A DNA stretch of 63,191 nt, filler included, from Rhabdomonas costata (lineage: Eukaryota): assembly GCA_019059605.1 (NCBI GenBank). It is 47 parts of 47 records of this genome, joined end to end, with 100 filler letters (N's around TTAATTAATTAA, not from the genome) between each part and the next. Parts side by side here need not be neighbours in the genome. Positions count along the whole stretch, not along the records: positions 48,491 to 49,735 come from JAHMHO010022070.1; positions 49,836 to 51,081 come from JAHMHO010022071.1; positions 51,182 to 52,427 come from JAHMHO010022072.1; positions 52,528 to 53,773 come from JAHMHO010022073.1; positions 53,874 to 55,119 come from JAHMHO010022074.1; positions 55,220 to 56,465 come from JAHMHO010022075.1; positions 56,566 to 57,811 come from JAHMHO010022076.1; positions 57,912 to 59,157 come from JAHMHO010022077.1; 39 more parts are not named here. One strand, given 5' to 3'. Each line of letters starts with the position of its first letter. The stretch's first letter is position 1. Of the stretch, positions 48,693 to 60,785 are shown piece by piece. The notes beneath the pieces are model-generated. The model saw only the letters and a program-made list of their open reading frames with translations. It searched no databases and was not told where the DNA came from. A program made the position numbers and the translations under genes.

Positions 48693-50546
48693 GTTGGGCT
48701 CTTCTTTGCCTTTGCTCTTTGAGGGGGCGTACATTGCTTGCACGCCGACCGCATTTGTTCTGTATGCGTGTTGGCTGTATCTGCCGTGTTGATTTGATTT
48801 TCTTGCGGAGTTCGTTGGATGGTGCCGCGCTCTTCGTTATGCCAATTACCTTGAGCGAGAATGTCCCTCATATCCTGTATTGTAGTGCTTGCAGGGGGGA
48901 TGCTGAGAAGGTTGAGCGTGTTGGGTTATTTTGGGGCTGTTCAAATGGTTGAAAAAAAAAGGCTGAGTTGTGGTTTCTTTATGCTTTCATTCAGCTTTCA
49001 TTGTGTTGTTGAATTGCAGTACAGTTGCGAGTATCGGTGAAGACTGAACCACGTGGCCCAGAAAGTTTGCACTGTCTTTGTGCGATGATGACTTTTAGCG
49101 GTTGTTTTGAACAATTTTATTGAGGGCCTTGTGTTTTGTAGTGAGAAGCTTTCCTCCAAATACTTTTCTCCAGCGCCTTGCTTTCTAATTCTTTTTAGAT
49201 GTGCGATCTTCACTGTGCTGCGTTTTTTCCTACCGCCCCCCCCTACCCGTGATGGTCCGTGTGAGCGAGCACGTGACCTTGTTTCAGCACACACACACAT
49301 CCATGAACAAGAGACTGCGGTTTAGAATCGTGTGCTTCATTTTTGGTGAATCAGGGTTTCCAGATTTGGTGCCCTACTATATACCCATCGCCCTTCGTTT
49401 CGGTGAGTTATTGGATGGAAGAGAGTGCTGGACCTGTGTGGCTTTGAAGTAGGCAAGAACGTCCCTTCAGAAAGAACGGCATCTTTACGTGTCCCTCTGC
49501 TTGTCCACTGCGTTGACGCCTGTGGAGGTTGGAGGACACCTCTCCCATAATGGAGCAGTCCTGTGGGCATGCTCCACGTGGGTGTTTCGCATTGGCATCG
49601 CTTTTCTTGCTGCCACTCATGTGTTGGCTCACGCTCTGCTGCCCATGCTTTGCCGCTTTGGCTCAGCTGCTGCCGCGATGCACGCTCCTTCCGTTCCGTG
49701 AGATTCCGCCTGTCTTTCTTACTATCACACAAACCNNNNNNNNNNNNNNNNNNNNNNNNNNNNNNNNNNNNNNNNNNNNTTAATTAATTAANNNNNNNNN
49801 NNNNNNNNNNNNNNNNNNNNNNNNNNNNNNNNNNNGTGGTGGGTGTGTTTGGGGTTTGTGGTTGTTTTAGGTCAAGTTTGACGCTTTTGGGGGGACTTCT
49901 GGAGACTTCACAGCGAGCAAGGAATGGTCATGGTGCAAGAAGGAGTTTCAGGGGGAGGACTGTGCCTAAGAATGAAAAGGAGCTCTCGGACAAGGAGTGC
50001 CAGAGCGTTTTGGAATCATTTGCCCTTTTCTTTTTACTGAGGAGAGGATCCTTTTGGAGTTTTGTCATGGCAGCAACTGAAGTTGCGGCATGATGTTTTC
50101 GCCCACCTCATTTTTCCGCTTTACATCGGAGAGTATGTCGCAAAGGCGCTGCCGTTCTCCATAACAGGCTGTGCTGGATGACCAGCTGATTAAGCTTATT
50201 GGCCGTTGACATCATTTGTTTGAAAGTGACAGGGACCTGAGAAATGGTTGTCAAACCATCGCATCAATGCACGCGCCAGGGACGTTTCCCAGTGTCCCAC
50301 CATTCCAAAGGGTCAACTGGCGGAACACAGAGCGGTTTAGTAATTAAGGACCTGGTTGTGCCAAAGTGCGCCGGTCATTGCTTTGTCTTCATCGCCTCCT
50401 CGCTCTTCGGTGGCATCTTCCTCTTCTCAGCTCTGTCGTTGTGCATTTTTTCAGTGGGTCGGCGTATTGATTCCTGCGCGTTTTACTCGTGTGTGCGTGT
50501 GCATGCGCATAATCGTAATCTGCGAGTAGGTACTCTGCGATTCGAA

Positions 50547-50735
50547 ATGGGGGTCGTGCACCCCCATGTGCTTCTGACTATCTTCTGTGTTCTCGTGTGC
50601 GTATTGATCCCTGGGGCGGTGGCCCTTGCGGGGCTACCCGGAGGGGGCACCAGCCTGGCCATTTCCAACAACCCCGAAGTGGCCGTGATCCCGGAGTTCA
50701 CCTATCTCGCTGGAGCGCGGGCGTACTCCCTGGAG
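50547..50735 (+). CDS. Probable first exon of a secreted protein
   Basis: MGVVHPHVLLTIFCVLVCVLIPGAVALAG is signal-peptide-like and is followed by GC-rich coding to the donor GAG|GTGTG. Confidence 0.45.
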
Positions 50736-51295
50736 GTGTGAACGGCAGTTTCGTTGTACGTGCACACCTCTCTTCTCCATGCAAAATAGCAGGACCTTCA
50801 CCTCCACACAATGGCGTGTGGCAGCCAGAGAGTCCTGCTGAAGTGGACGGTGAAGGCCTGTCTAGAGGCTGGGTTAAAAATGTGCCAGGACAGGCCAACG
50901 TGTCACAGGGGAAGGTGCAAAGGGGTGCAAAGGATGAAGAGTAAAACCCAATCCGCTGGACACAAGCGGTGGAAGGGTTTACAAAGTCGATGTGCCAGCA
51001 CGGTGTCTGATGACTTCCAACAAGTCAGCGCGCAAGAACGAAAACAGGGCAGCTGGCAGGTGGTGAGCAGAAGGCAAAGATNNNNNNNNNNNNNNNNNNN
51101 NNNNNNNNNNNNNNNNNNNNNNNNNTTAATTAATTAANNNNNNNNNNNNNNNNNNNNNNNNNNNNNNNNNNNNNNNNNNNNGGTGGGGTGGCCCTTTCTA
51201 CATAAGGTGAATCACAAGAATGTAAAATATGACTCAAATTTATCACAGGGATACTCGTTTGAAGAGAAAAACGACTACAAAAGGGGCAGCCGTAC

Positions 51296-52369
51296 CACTC
51301 TCCGTGACTTTGGATCGGAGCTTGTCCTGCGCCAGCTGCTCACTGCGGCGCAACTCCATGTTGGCCTCCTGAAGGGAACGCAGCTCCTCCTCGTTGTGAT
51401 TCACCTTATGTAGAAAGGGCCACTCCATCCAACGCGTTCCCAAACGAGGGCCAAGCGAGGCAGGATCCAGGATCTTTTGCATATAGGGTTTGGGAGCGAT
51501 GCCTACCTTCACGTTACAGCCACGTTTTCTCTTTTTCATTTGGGAGCTTTGTGTTCCGATGAAGATATGTTGAGAGCTTTTTTATACAAAAAATATGGAC
51601 TGCTGGAAGGTGTTAAGGCTTTTTGTTCCTGTGGGGAGCCCTTGGGACTGAAGTGGTACTGTGATCGTGGCTCTTCGTACCGGCGATGCTCTGATCGATC
51701 TTGGCGTAGGAACCTTTCTCCTCACACTGACCCTTATTTGGCACTGTTACAGTGTATCAAGTAGTGTGGACTACAGTGATTCTTCGTATTCCTCTGTGTG
51801 CCGGGTTAGTGCAGGTATGCCATTTATTTAGCAGGCCTCCCGAAATGCTATGTGGCAGGTCCTTTAGGTCAGAATTTCTCTGGCCTTCCGCCTTCGGCCG
51901 GTAGTGGTGCCCCTTGGCGGCACTTTCGTATCCCTTTTGCACCAATCCTTGCCCCTCGCAGCGGAGGGTAAAACATCAACACCCTCGACGTATTTTCACA
52001 AAACCACCCACGCCGAACAACACCCGAAGTTCAAGAACGCTTCGATTGATTAAATAGAAGCGATACACAATGACATTCGAACGGAATTTTCAATTTGCCA
52101 CTTGTTGCTTACAAAGGAGGTCGAGTGCCTTCTTCGCGCATTCTCTCCACCTCAGGAGTGCTTTCCTTTTCCGATTCGCGCACCAAAGCCTGAACAAAGA
52201 CAGGTCCAGGGTCACGGGCTCAGAATAGCACCTCGTCTTGCAGGGCATGCTCCAGCTCCCTGCTGGTCTCCCGGAAGTCCGCGTAGGCAATCGCCAGCGA
52301 GTTCAGCTCCGCTTGCTTGGCCACAAGCTCGGAGCGGAGCTTTCGACACTCCTCGCAGAAGTCAGTCAT
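51296..52369 (-). CDS. NudE/NDE1/NDEL1-like dynein regulator, N-terminal coiled coil, 2 exons
   Basis: Exons 52369-52232 and 51404-51296: MTDFCEEC...ADFRETSRELEHALQDEVNHNEEELRSLQEANMELRRSEQLAQDKL aligns without gaps to the NudE motif EFQExSRELExELE. Confidence 0.7.
51540..51764 (+). mobile_element. Internally deleted Merlin/IS1595-like transposon relic in the NudE intron
   Basis: FLYKKYGLL...FCSCGEPL...YRRCSDRSWRRNLS (N-terminal Zn-ribbon-like) runs directly into DPYLALLQCIK (C-terminus-like). Confidence 0.45.
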
Positions 52370-52903
52370 TGTACAACCGGCTCACCACGTGAGGAAGTGC
52401 AGAGGGGGGGGGGGCGGTTGGCCCCCCNNNNNNNNNNNNNNNNNNNNNNNNNNNNNNNNNNNNNNNNNNNNTTAATTAATTAANNNNNNNNNNNNNNNNN
52501 NNNNNNNNNNNNNNNNNNNNNNNNNNNTGTTTTGGTTTTGGTGGTCCCTTTTGTTTGTATTGTGCGGAGAGCGCACTCGTGAGTTTGGTGTCTTGGGCGT
52601 GCAAGAAAAAGGACAACATTAGGCGAACTGGGATGCGCGGTGTGGTTGGTATCATGCGCAGTGCGGGTGGGTGCAATGGAATACCCCAGGAACGTGAAGA
52701 GCCATGAAAACGCGGAGAAGACGCCAAACCCCCATGACAAATTTCGAATCTCACTGTATTCTGACCATTGCATGCGCCCAACGACCCGTTTCTGGGTGCA
52801 GTCGCTTCTTTTTGTGCTGCTGGGTTGCTGAGTGTCGAGATTCGCACTGGGAGCCGTTGTTTTTGGGGAACCTTTCCTCAAACGCTCTCTCCGTTCTCCG
52901 CAG

Positions 52904-53770
52904 GAGTCCACCAGCATCAACCAGAGCTTGGTGGTCCTCGGGCGATGCATTGAAACTCTGAGGTGCGCACTTTCTTCCACTTGTAGCCGCTCACACGAAT
53001 GGGCGCTCACACGAAGGACCCATTGTGCCCCCTAAATGTAGTCAAATTGGTTGTAGAATCTAGTTTTGCTGAGTCGTAGACTGGTGGTGTGTGTGTGGAA
53101 TCTATGAGTGGGGTGTCCTCAGATGGAACCAGGCGCACGGGCCCTCCCAGCGCCGGGTGGTGCCCTACCGGGAGAGCAAGGTGGCGCGGCTGTTCCAGGG
53201 CACCCTCTCTGGGAACGGGCGTTGCGTGATGCTGGTCAACGTCTCACCCAGCCTCCGCGACATCGACGAGACAGCGCACGTCCTGCGGTACTCCAGCATC
53301 GCCAGGGAGGTATGCCTCTCCTATTTCCCAACCTATGCATTGAGGCACCTTCAGAACTGATATGCTTCGAATCTTGAACGTTTAGATTGATATCGGGTGG
53401 GGCCACCAACCGGTGAGGTGTTTATTTGTGCAATTCAATGGGGTGGGTGGTCTGAGGAGTGGAGCGAATGTTGGGCTCCACGAGGAGATTCCGCACAAAA
53501 GCTCATGTTCAGTACTTGGTTTTGTTTCAACCAAATCTTTTTTTCACTCCGCCCTCTGCTGAGCACGTCGGATAAAACGGTTTAGACCCCGCATTTGATA
53601 GGATGGGTGTGGAACCTCGCAGAACTGTTTCTGGTGCTCTTGTGGTGCCTGGTCCAGGGCCGGGAGTTTGCGTTTTTGCAGGTTTGCACACCGACCACTC
53701 CAAGCTCGAATTCTAAGAAGAAGTACCTGCTCACAGGCGAGGTCTCCACCCCTGGACCAGGCACCACCAC
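52904..53770 (+). CDS. Kinesin motor domain C-terminal part, kinesin-6 (KIF20/MKLP)-like, 3 exons
   Basis: Exons 52904-52962, 53123-53309, 53682-end: INQSLVVLGRCIETLRWNQ...VVPYRESKVARLFQGTLSGNGRCVMLVNVSP...DETAHVLRYSSIARE. Confidence 0.93.
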
Positions 53771-53879
53771 CCCNNNNNNNNNNNNNNNNNNNNNNNNNNN
53801 NNNNNNNNNNNNNNNNNTTAATTAATTAANNNNNNNNNNNNNNNNNNNNNNNNNNNNNNNNNNNNNNNNNNNNGGTGGT

Positions 53880-54709
53880 GGGTCACGGGCTTTGGGGTGG
53901 GCTTCGGGTGAAGATGGCCCTGGTGCTGTGCTCAGACAGCAGTGTGCCTGAAGATGCCCTTGGCCTGGGGGTGCTCCAGATGGCCCACGGGGGGCTTGTC
54001 GTGCTCTCCAGTGAGGCCTACGAGGCAAGCCCCCCGCACACACACCGCCCACCCTGACCTCACGCAACCCAAAAATAAATACGGGTGTTTCATTAAATAG
54101 ATTCCAACAAAACAGGATCTGTATAGCGTACAGTGTGTGCGCACAAAACAACGGCAAGACGGCAAGGGAAGGGAAGAAACAAACAAACACGGTGTAACTA
54201 CAGAACAAGAAACGAAAGGTGGAGCATTGGGAAAGGGGGTTCCAGCTTTGATTTAGAATGGCGCAGTAGTATTTTTAATTTTAAAAAAAAATCGTATTCA
54301 GGTACCACGGTTCACTCTTTGTTTTGGCTGCGCCGTCCTCTTCTGCGGACGCTGAAGGGGGCTCGCAACGCCACGTTGGCCTAGGCCGCGGTGCTACACT
54401 GCAGTTGCAAGAGTAAAAGAGAAGTCGTTGTTTTCCTTCCCACGCAGGTGGTGTGTACCCCGCGTACTGAAGGCTGTGCAGTTGCATCAACATGGATACT
54501 CACACACAAGGTGGTGAAGGTCACCACATTAAGGTGGTGTACAGGCACAACCGCAACAGGTCGACACCTGAAATCATCGCGCTACTGCCACACTTACACT
54601 CACACACACACACACCGAAACGCGCGTTTGCACAGGAGCTTTCCAAAGTTATGCAGAAGTGCGAGGAGCTGAAGGATTTCGGGGTGTTCCAGACCACGGA
54701 CGACTCGAG
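53880..54709 (+). CDS. Degenerate class III nucleotide cyclase-like domain, 2 exons
   Basis: LWGGLRVKMAL...AHGGLVVLSSEAYE | ELSKVMQKCEELKDFGVF resembles lW.GLRVRmG...AhGGQVllS; exons end at 54024 and span 54636-~54709. Confidence 0.55.
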
Positions 54710-55219
54710 GCAGGATTCCTGGCATGTGCACCTGTGTGTGTGTGTGTGTGTGTCTGTGTTGCTTTTGTTCTGGGAAAAGAGAGGGACCCAACCCACGTGC
54801 ACACCTCACAGCACACTTGTACGCTGTATGATATTGCGTTGACATGCAATCGCAAGGGCATGTGAAATTGTTGTCTCTGGACAGGTAGCGTTGGGGAGGT
54901 GAGTGGGCGGGTCGGAGTATTTAGGAATGCAATAATGATTCTTTGTGGTTGGCATAAAAATGCGGGGTTTGTCCTGTGGTTTGTGCCGTTTCTGGTAAAG
55001 ACGCTTTTAAAATGGAAGCCTTCCATCGCACCTGTCCTCCCAACCTTCATTTGAGCTGCAATAATTTCTTGGCAATAGTTCGGCTATGGCACCCCCACAA
55101 CCAACCACACCCCAACACANNNNNNNNNNNNNNNNNNNNNNNNNNNNNNNNNNNNNNNNNNNNTTAATTAATTAANNNNNNNNNNNNNNNNNNNNNNNNN
55201 NNNNNNNNNNNNNNNNNNN

Positions 55220-55600
55220 TTTACTTTGCCTCAATATCTGGCTTCAGGCGAGTACACGACCGCCTCTGCCCTCATCTCGGCCTTCACGAAGAACCACGGC
55301 CTCAGTTCTGACCTTTGCCCCCCAGGCGAGCTGGTGACGGCGATGCTTCAGGCCTGCCAGCCTGGCCCCACCACCTCCGAGGTCTTCGTACGGGAGTTCT
55401 CCGAGGAGCTGTCGGACGACGACACTTGTCGGTCCTCGTCATCCCCCAGCCGTCCCAAGAGCCGGGGGCTTTTCGCCACTGCGGCAAAGCTACAAGCCGT
55501 TGCCCAGCTGCTTCCCCGCGGGGAGATCCTGCGCCCCCTACCGAGCTCCGGCATTCCGTCAGCAAACCGCAGCATTGGGGACCAGACCATCTCGGCATAG
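55220..55600 (+). CDS. Hypothetical protein, terminal exon
   Basis: GC-rich 124-aa open frame ending in TAG, followed by T-rich sequence. Confidence 0.5.
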   Translation, partial: FTLPQYLASGEYTTASALISAFTKNHGLSSDLCPPGELVTAMLQACQPGPTTSEVFVREFSEELSDDDTCRSSSSPSRPKSRGLFATAAKLQAVAQLLPRGEILRPLPSSGIPSANRSIGDQTISA

Positions 55601-57658
55601 TCGGGGTTTTCGGCCGTTTTGGAACCCGGCACCCCCTTGTTTAGGGCAGCCAGCCTGAGCTTTCCTTGAAAGAAGCGAATGGAGTCATGCATTGGAGGAA
55701 TAGACCAGTATGCTGTGTTGTTTTGCTGGTTTTGCTGGGTTTTCGTTGCCGTATGGAAGGTTAGGTTGGTTTCACCGCATTCCTTTCTTTGTGTTTGAAT
55801 GAACAGACTTCCGAGTCTTTGATTGTGTGTTTTCACCATAGTTTTGATCTTTTTGGCCTTTTTTGTTGGCCTGAAAGAAAGTCTCACCGAAAAAGAAAGG
55901 CTTTGGCTTCTTGGCGGCCCGTGGGGTGGGCGGCATTAAGCAGTTTATGAATGTTCACCACGACACGGGAATGGTACCAACACCCCATTTTGGCGAGGTC
56001 TTGGATTTTAGTGGGGTCTTCCCTTTGATGAGTTCGTTAATGTCCTCCTTTTAAAACACAAGGATATAGGCTTTCCCCAGTCGCTCCATTTGTCCTATGG
56101 TGCGGCGCAGTGTTGGGCGGGGTGGGGGGCAGTTTAACGTTTGACAACGGTGAATTCTTTAAACCCCACCCCCTAACATAAAGCTTCGGGGCACATGCCC
56201 TGGGCTTTGAGAGTAGGATCCAGCCTGCTTCCAGATTGGATCCGTGTACACCCATATGGTAGAGCATTGGGTATCGGCTGTTTACGCACCCCCCCTCCTC
56301 CTCCTCGAGCCAAAGTTCGTGGTGCTTTGTGTGGAGGGTGGTGGGCTAGCTTTTCGTGGAAATGTGGAGATGAAGCAAAGCAAGAGACTGTCCAGTCTTG
56401 AATACTATTGGTCAGCACCCCACTCACGACCACCCCGGCTTCGTGTACCCCGTGTACCCACACACNNNNNNNNNNNNNNNNNNNNNNNNNNNNNNNNNNN
56501 NNNNNNNNNTTAATTAATTAANNNNNNNNNNNNNNNNNNNNNNNNNNNNNNNNNNNNNNNNNNNNTGTGTTGGGGGATTGAGAGGGGCCGTGTTTTTCAG
56601 TCTGGTTTGGACTGGACCGACCACAAGAATTTAACCCCACATTCTCATGATGACCAGGTTTTTGGCAATGCATACACTAACTTGCAGCTGAACGTTGTAG
56701 CAACACGAGATCTGATTCCCGACGCTTCGTTGTCACTGCGTCATATTGGCAGTCGTTTTTAGTATGCCGGGTTTCTCGGTTTTGGGTTTTCATTTCTGCG
56801 GAAGCTCGATGCAACTGAACAGATTGACGCGCCGCACCGATCTGCTCCTCTCTCAAACTGGGCTCAGGTTTGAAGGATGGCCTGCGGGCCGTTCGAGGTC
56901 CTTGTATCGGCGCTTGCCCTTCAAGGGATGCAATGGTGCAGGCGTCAGCAGTCCTAGTTCGCCCGACCTCCTTATGTGATGTGTGATTTGTGGCTCCTCG
57001 CTTTGTGCGTTTTTGGCGAGGTTGTGTTGTGTTGTGTTGTGGGGGTCTGCCGATTGGGTTGGCCTGGCTTCGTTGTGTTGTGTTGCGTTGCGTTGCGTTG
57101 CGCTGCGTTCGTTGCCTTGCGTTGTGGCGGTCTGCCTATTAGGTAGCCGTTGCTTTGCAAGCTCAAACGCTTTTGAGCTTTTGATGTGAAACAAGGCGTG
57201 TGTTGCGGTGGTAACGTAGGGTGCCGGCTTCCTCTGTTGGGCATCTGTTGTACTCGGCCAACCTGCACCTTCCCAGTGCGTTTTAGCTTTTGTGGCACCT
57301 GTGTCGCCGTGCGGTTGTTCTTGGACGAGGTGGCGCTGAGTACTCTGCTCGTTCCACTAGGACAACGAGGAACTGAGGGATATTATGTTTACAGTCACCA
57401 GCGCAGCTCCCTTCACGTACTTCCTCCTCCGCAAACCTTGCATTCTCGCCCTCTGCTCCCCCATACACGTAGAGGGACAGGACGTCTTCAAGCTCATTCG
57501 AGTTCCCGGACTTCACTTCCCCTCCCTGAAACCAGTCAAAAGGCAAACCAACATTAAACGCATGTCCATTTCGCTGAGTCCAACTCACTGCTGCATCCAT
57601 GGCTTGCCAACGCTGACCCGTGCTTAATTTTTCCCTATTAGAGTGTTGAAAAAAAACA

Positions 57659-57800
57659 ATGAAATACCCTGCCGCGGTTGTCGCCGAGGGCCTTTTCGGG
57701 GAGGCCGACATTGAAGTTCATCGCTCGGAGCTGCCCACACTGCCCCCGGAGCTCCGGCAGGCCGTGGAGCAGACGTGGCAGGCCGAGGTGGCCCCCCAAC
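57659..57800 (+). CDS. Hypothetical protein start (weak NUDT22-like N-terminus)
   Basis: MKYPAAVVAEGLFGEADIEVHRSELPTLPPELRQAVEQTWQAEV with GC-rich codons. Confidence 0.35.
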
Positions 57801-57921
57801 CCCAAACACACNNNNNNNNNNNNNNNNNNNNNNNNNNNNNNNNNNNNNNNNNNNNTTAATTAATTAANNNNNNNNNNNNNNNNNNNNNNNNNNNNNNNNN
57901 NNNNNNNNNNNTGGGGGGGGG

Positions 57922-58170
57922 GTGGCCGACAGCGTCCATGACGACCCGGAGGCCCCGCGGTGCATCTTGTGGGCGGCCCTCTCGCGGCACATCCCTGGGA
58001 TAGCCCTGCTGTCCGACCAGTGCCCTGACCTGCAGTTGGAAGGGGCGGCGCTGCTGCGAGACCTCCTGCGAGGCGATGGCGAAGGGCCTGGGATGCCTAT
58101 CGCCGCAGACTTGAAGGCACCCACTCACCCACCCACACACACACACACACAGAAGGCTACACTGCGTGAG
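57922..58170 (+). CDS. Hypothetical protein exon plus micro-exon
   Basis: GC-rich exon to 58116, then CAG|AAGGCTACACTGCGTGAG|GTAAGG (58153-58170). Confidence 0.45.
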
Positions 58171-58429
58171 GTAAGGGACTCAACCGGAGAAGAAAGGCAG
58201 CACGATGCGCTGCGCTCAACGCATTGCATGATTGTGAGGGAGCCGTGAATGATGGCGGCCTTACGTGGGATGTCAGCTGGTGGGATGGATTAGCAGCATC
58301 AGCGTATGCATGAGCCTCACTACATGCATCATCACCACCTGCACTGTCATCACCATCACGTATTGGCATGTGGTAGTTGGAGTGGAGGGTTGCAACGATC
58401 TGAGTCGTTCAACGAGGCCGAATACCATC

Positions 58430-59157
58430 AAGAGATCACCATTTGAGAGCCAAACCACCAAGAGGCCAGGAACCCTCAAAGTCAATGCTCACCACTCGAA
58501 CCCACACAGAACGAATACCCAGAGACACCGTAACCCCACAGTCAGCACACCCGAACATCGAAGCACCACAACCAGCACTGAACCCACGCATAGCATCTGC
58601 AACCCCCACACCCACACCTGCAAACCCAGCAACCTCGACACCTAGCACCCACTCAGCAACACCATCAGAACCACCCAATGCACCCAAAGCACCACACGCA
58701 TGACACCCGTACCCAACACCGCAAGAAGCACTCTCGACACCGTACACCATACCCTCAACCCACTCCAGCACCGTACCACCCACCCCAGCACCCTCACCAC
58801 CCATAGCATCAGCAACACCACCCAAGGAACCCATAACACCCAGAAGATACCATCACTCCCACCCAGAGCCAAACCCCACACCATGCCCAACCCCTCAACC
58901 CACACAGAAGGCCTAAACCACCACCCTTGAAGACCGCGACACCCAACGCAAGAAGGCCCACACTCCAACACCCCAACACGCGATACCAGAACACCCAACC
59001 CTATAAGGCCTACACACCCAGCACCATCATCTCAAGCACCCGAGCCCAGAACCTGAACCCACACACACGAAGGCCTACACACATGTACAGAAGTCACCAG
59101 CAACAGTACCATAAAGACAAGAACGACACCAGAAGGCAGAAAGAAAGACAACACACA
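58430..59157. repeat. A/C-rich low-complexity tract
   Basis: The plus strand is strongly depleted of G and T, with recurring ACACC/CACCC words. Confidence 0.8.
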
Positions 59158-59265
59158 NNNNNNNNNNNNNNNNNNNNNNNNNNNNNNNNNNNNNNNNNNN
59201 NTTAATTAATTAANNNNNNNNNNNNNNNNNNNNNNNNNNNNNNNNNNNNNNNNNNNNGGGGGGGT

Positions 59266-60363
59266 GTGTCAGTGCGAGGACAGCGCTGCTGAGGGGCACT
59301 GGAGCCTGCGGGACTGCAGCGCCTGTGCTATGGGGTGGGCTGGCTCCAGTTGCACCGAGGCCTGCGTGCATCCCCTGAGCTGTTTGGTGGAGGCACGCAC
59401 CCCCCCCCCCTCCGCGCTTTTCCTCCTTTCTTAGTTGCGGGGAGGGGGGCAGTGCTAATAATTGCACAGCTGTCGTGCATCGCCCTCTAACCACTCCCAT
59501 TCGCTACCCAACACCCCCACCGTCATTTTCGTGGACCATAAAAAGTAAACCTGTATCGTGCTCACCTTTACGCGCTATGCTTGGTGTCATCTGGGGGAGA
59601 ATGTTGGTACCGCTAACAGATTCCAGGGATTCTTTCTTTTTACAAGTTTCACCTTTTTTATAATTGCTCCCTTCTGTATTCATTGCCTCGCCTCCGCACG
59701 AGCCCGGGGCTCGGGAAACGCCTTACCACTGACCCACTCACCACTCTTTCCTCCCCACATCTCCACACCACACCGCACACACAGCCACATCACCCGAAAG
59801 ACGAAGCGGAAACTGGCTGCGGCTGGTGAATGGTCGGCGACAATGGGAAAAGAAAAGGCAGCTCAAAGTATAGCACGCTACACCGTAAACTGAGAGTTTT
59901 TAACCACGGCACACAACCGGATGCCGCGAAGAACCACCGGCTAATAGGCTATATAGGCTAAAAAGACTTCTGTTCGAAATGTCACGTACTAAATTCTCAG
60001 TTTCGGGGTGTTACTAGCCTTAGTATATACTCCATGTGCAGTTAAATCCGATTTGTTTTGCCACCATTACAATTCACCTCACCTCACCTCAGTCCGAAAA
60101 AATGACTTTTTAGGTGCGCCCTTATGAAGTGATGCGCACAGCACGGCTCCTCTCTGCTGCTTGTCACCATCTCCTGATAGAACTGATCGATGTGGCCGAG
60201 ATTTTTGTGTTCTTCTCTCTTCTTATGAAGGGCGCATCGTGCACCGGAAACAGCAGTAACTGCGCCTGCTTGCTCACTCTGGAGCAGTGCGCGGCCCGGT
60301 CGTCCTGCATGTGGGATTCCACACGGCTGGCCTGCGGCCAGGCCCTGTATGGGGCGTCATGCG
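59266..60363 (+). CDS. EGF/laminin-EGF-like cysteine-rich extracellular protein, 2 exons
   Basis: CQCEDSAAEGHWSLRDCSACAMGWAGSSCTE and exon 60231-60363 GASCTGNSSNCACLLTLEQCAARSSCMWDSTRLACG. Confidence 0.75.
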
Positions 60364-60785
60364 GTATGGCGGAAGGTGGGATGGGATGGGGTGCCCGATA
60401 CTTGGCTGTTGGTACACCATGATGATGATGGCGGGAATTTCCTCCTTTGGTTTGCACATCATGGGCTCTCAATGAAATCAATTCGCTTCCGTCTATCGAC
60501 CCANNNNNNNNNNNNNNNNNNNNNNNNNNNNNNNNNNNNNNNNNNNNTTAATTAATTAANNNNNNNNNNNNNNNNNNNNNNNNNNNNNNNNNNNNNNNNN
60601 NNNGTTTTTTGGTATTGCACATCAAAAATGATTTGACGTGAACGACAATGACAAAGTGCGGTTTTGGTTTTGCAGAATAATAAACATGCCCGGACACGCC
60701 ACTGCAGAAACATATGTTCTTGAGATCTGAGCGTATGCGCTGAAAAAAGAAACTTTAAGTTCTTGGTTGTGGTAGAGCGAGGAAC

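Noticed and set aside
51182..51430. About 30-bp inverted repeat
   Set aside because: It copies the NudE intron-exon boundary at the contig start, and template A bases are lost in the G/T tip, as expected from primer-derived sequence.
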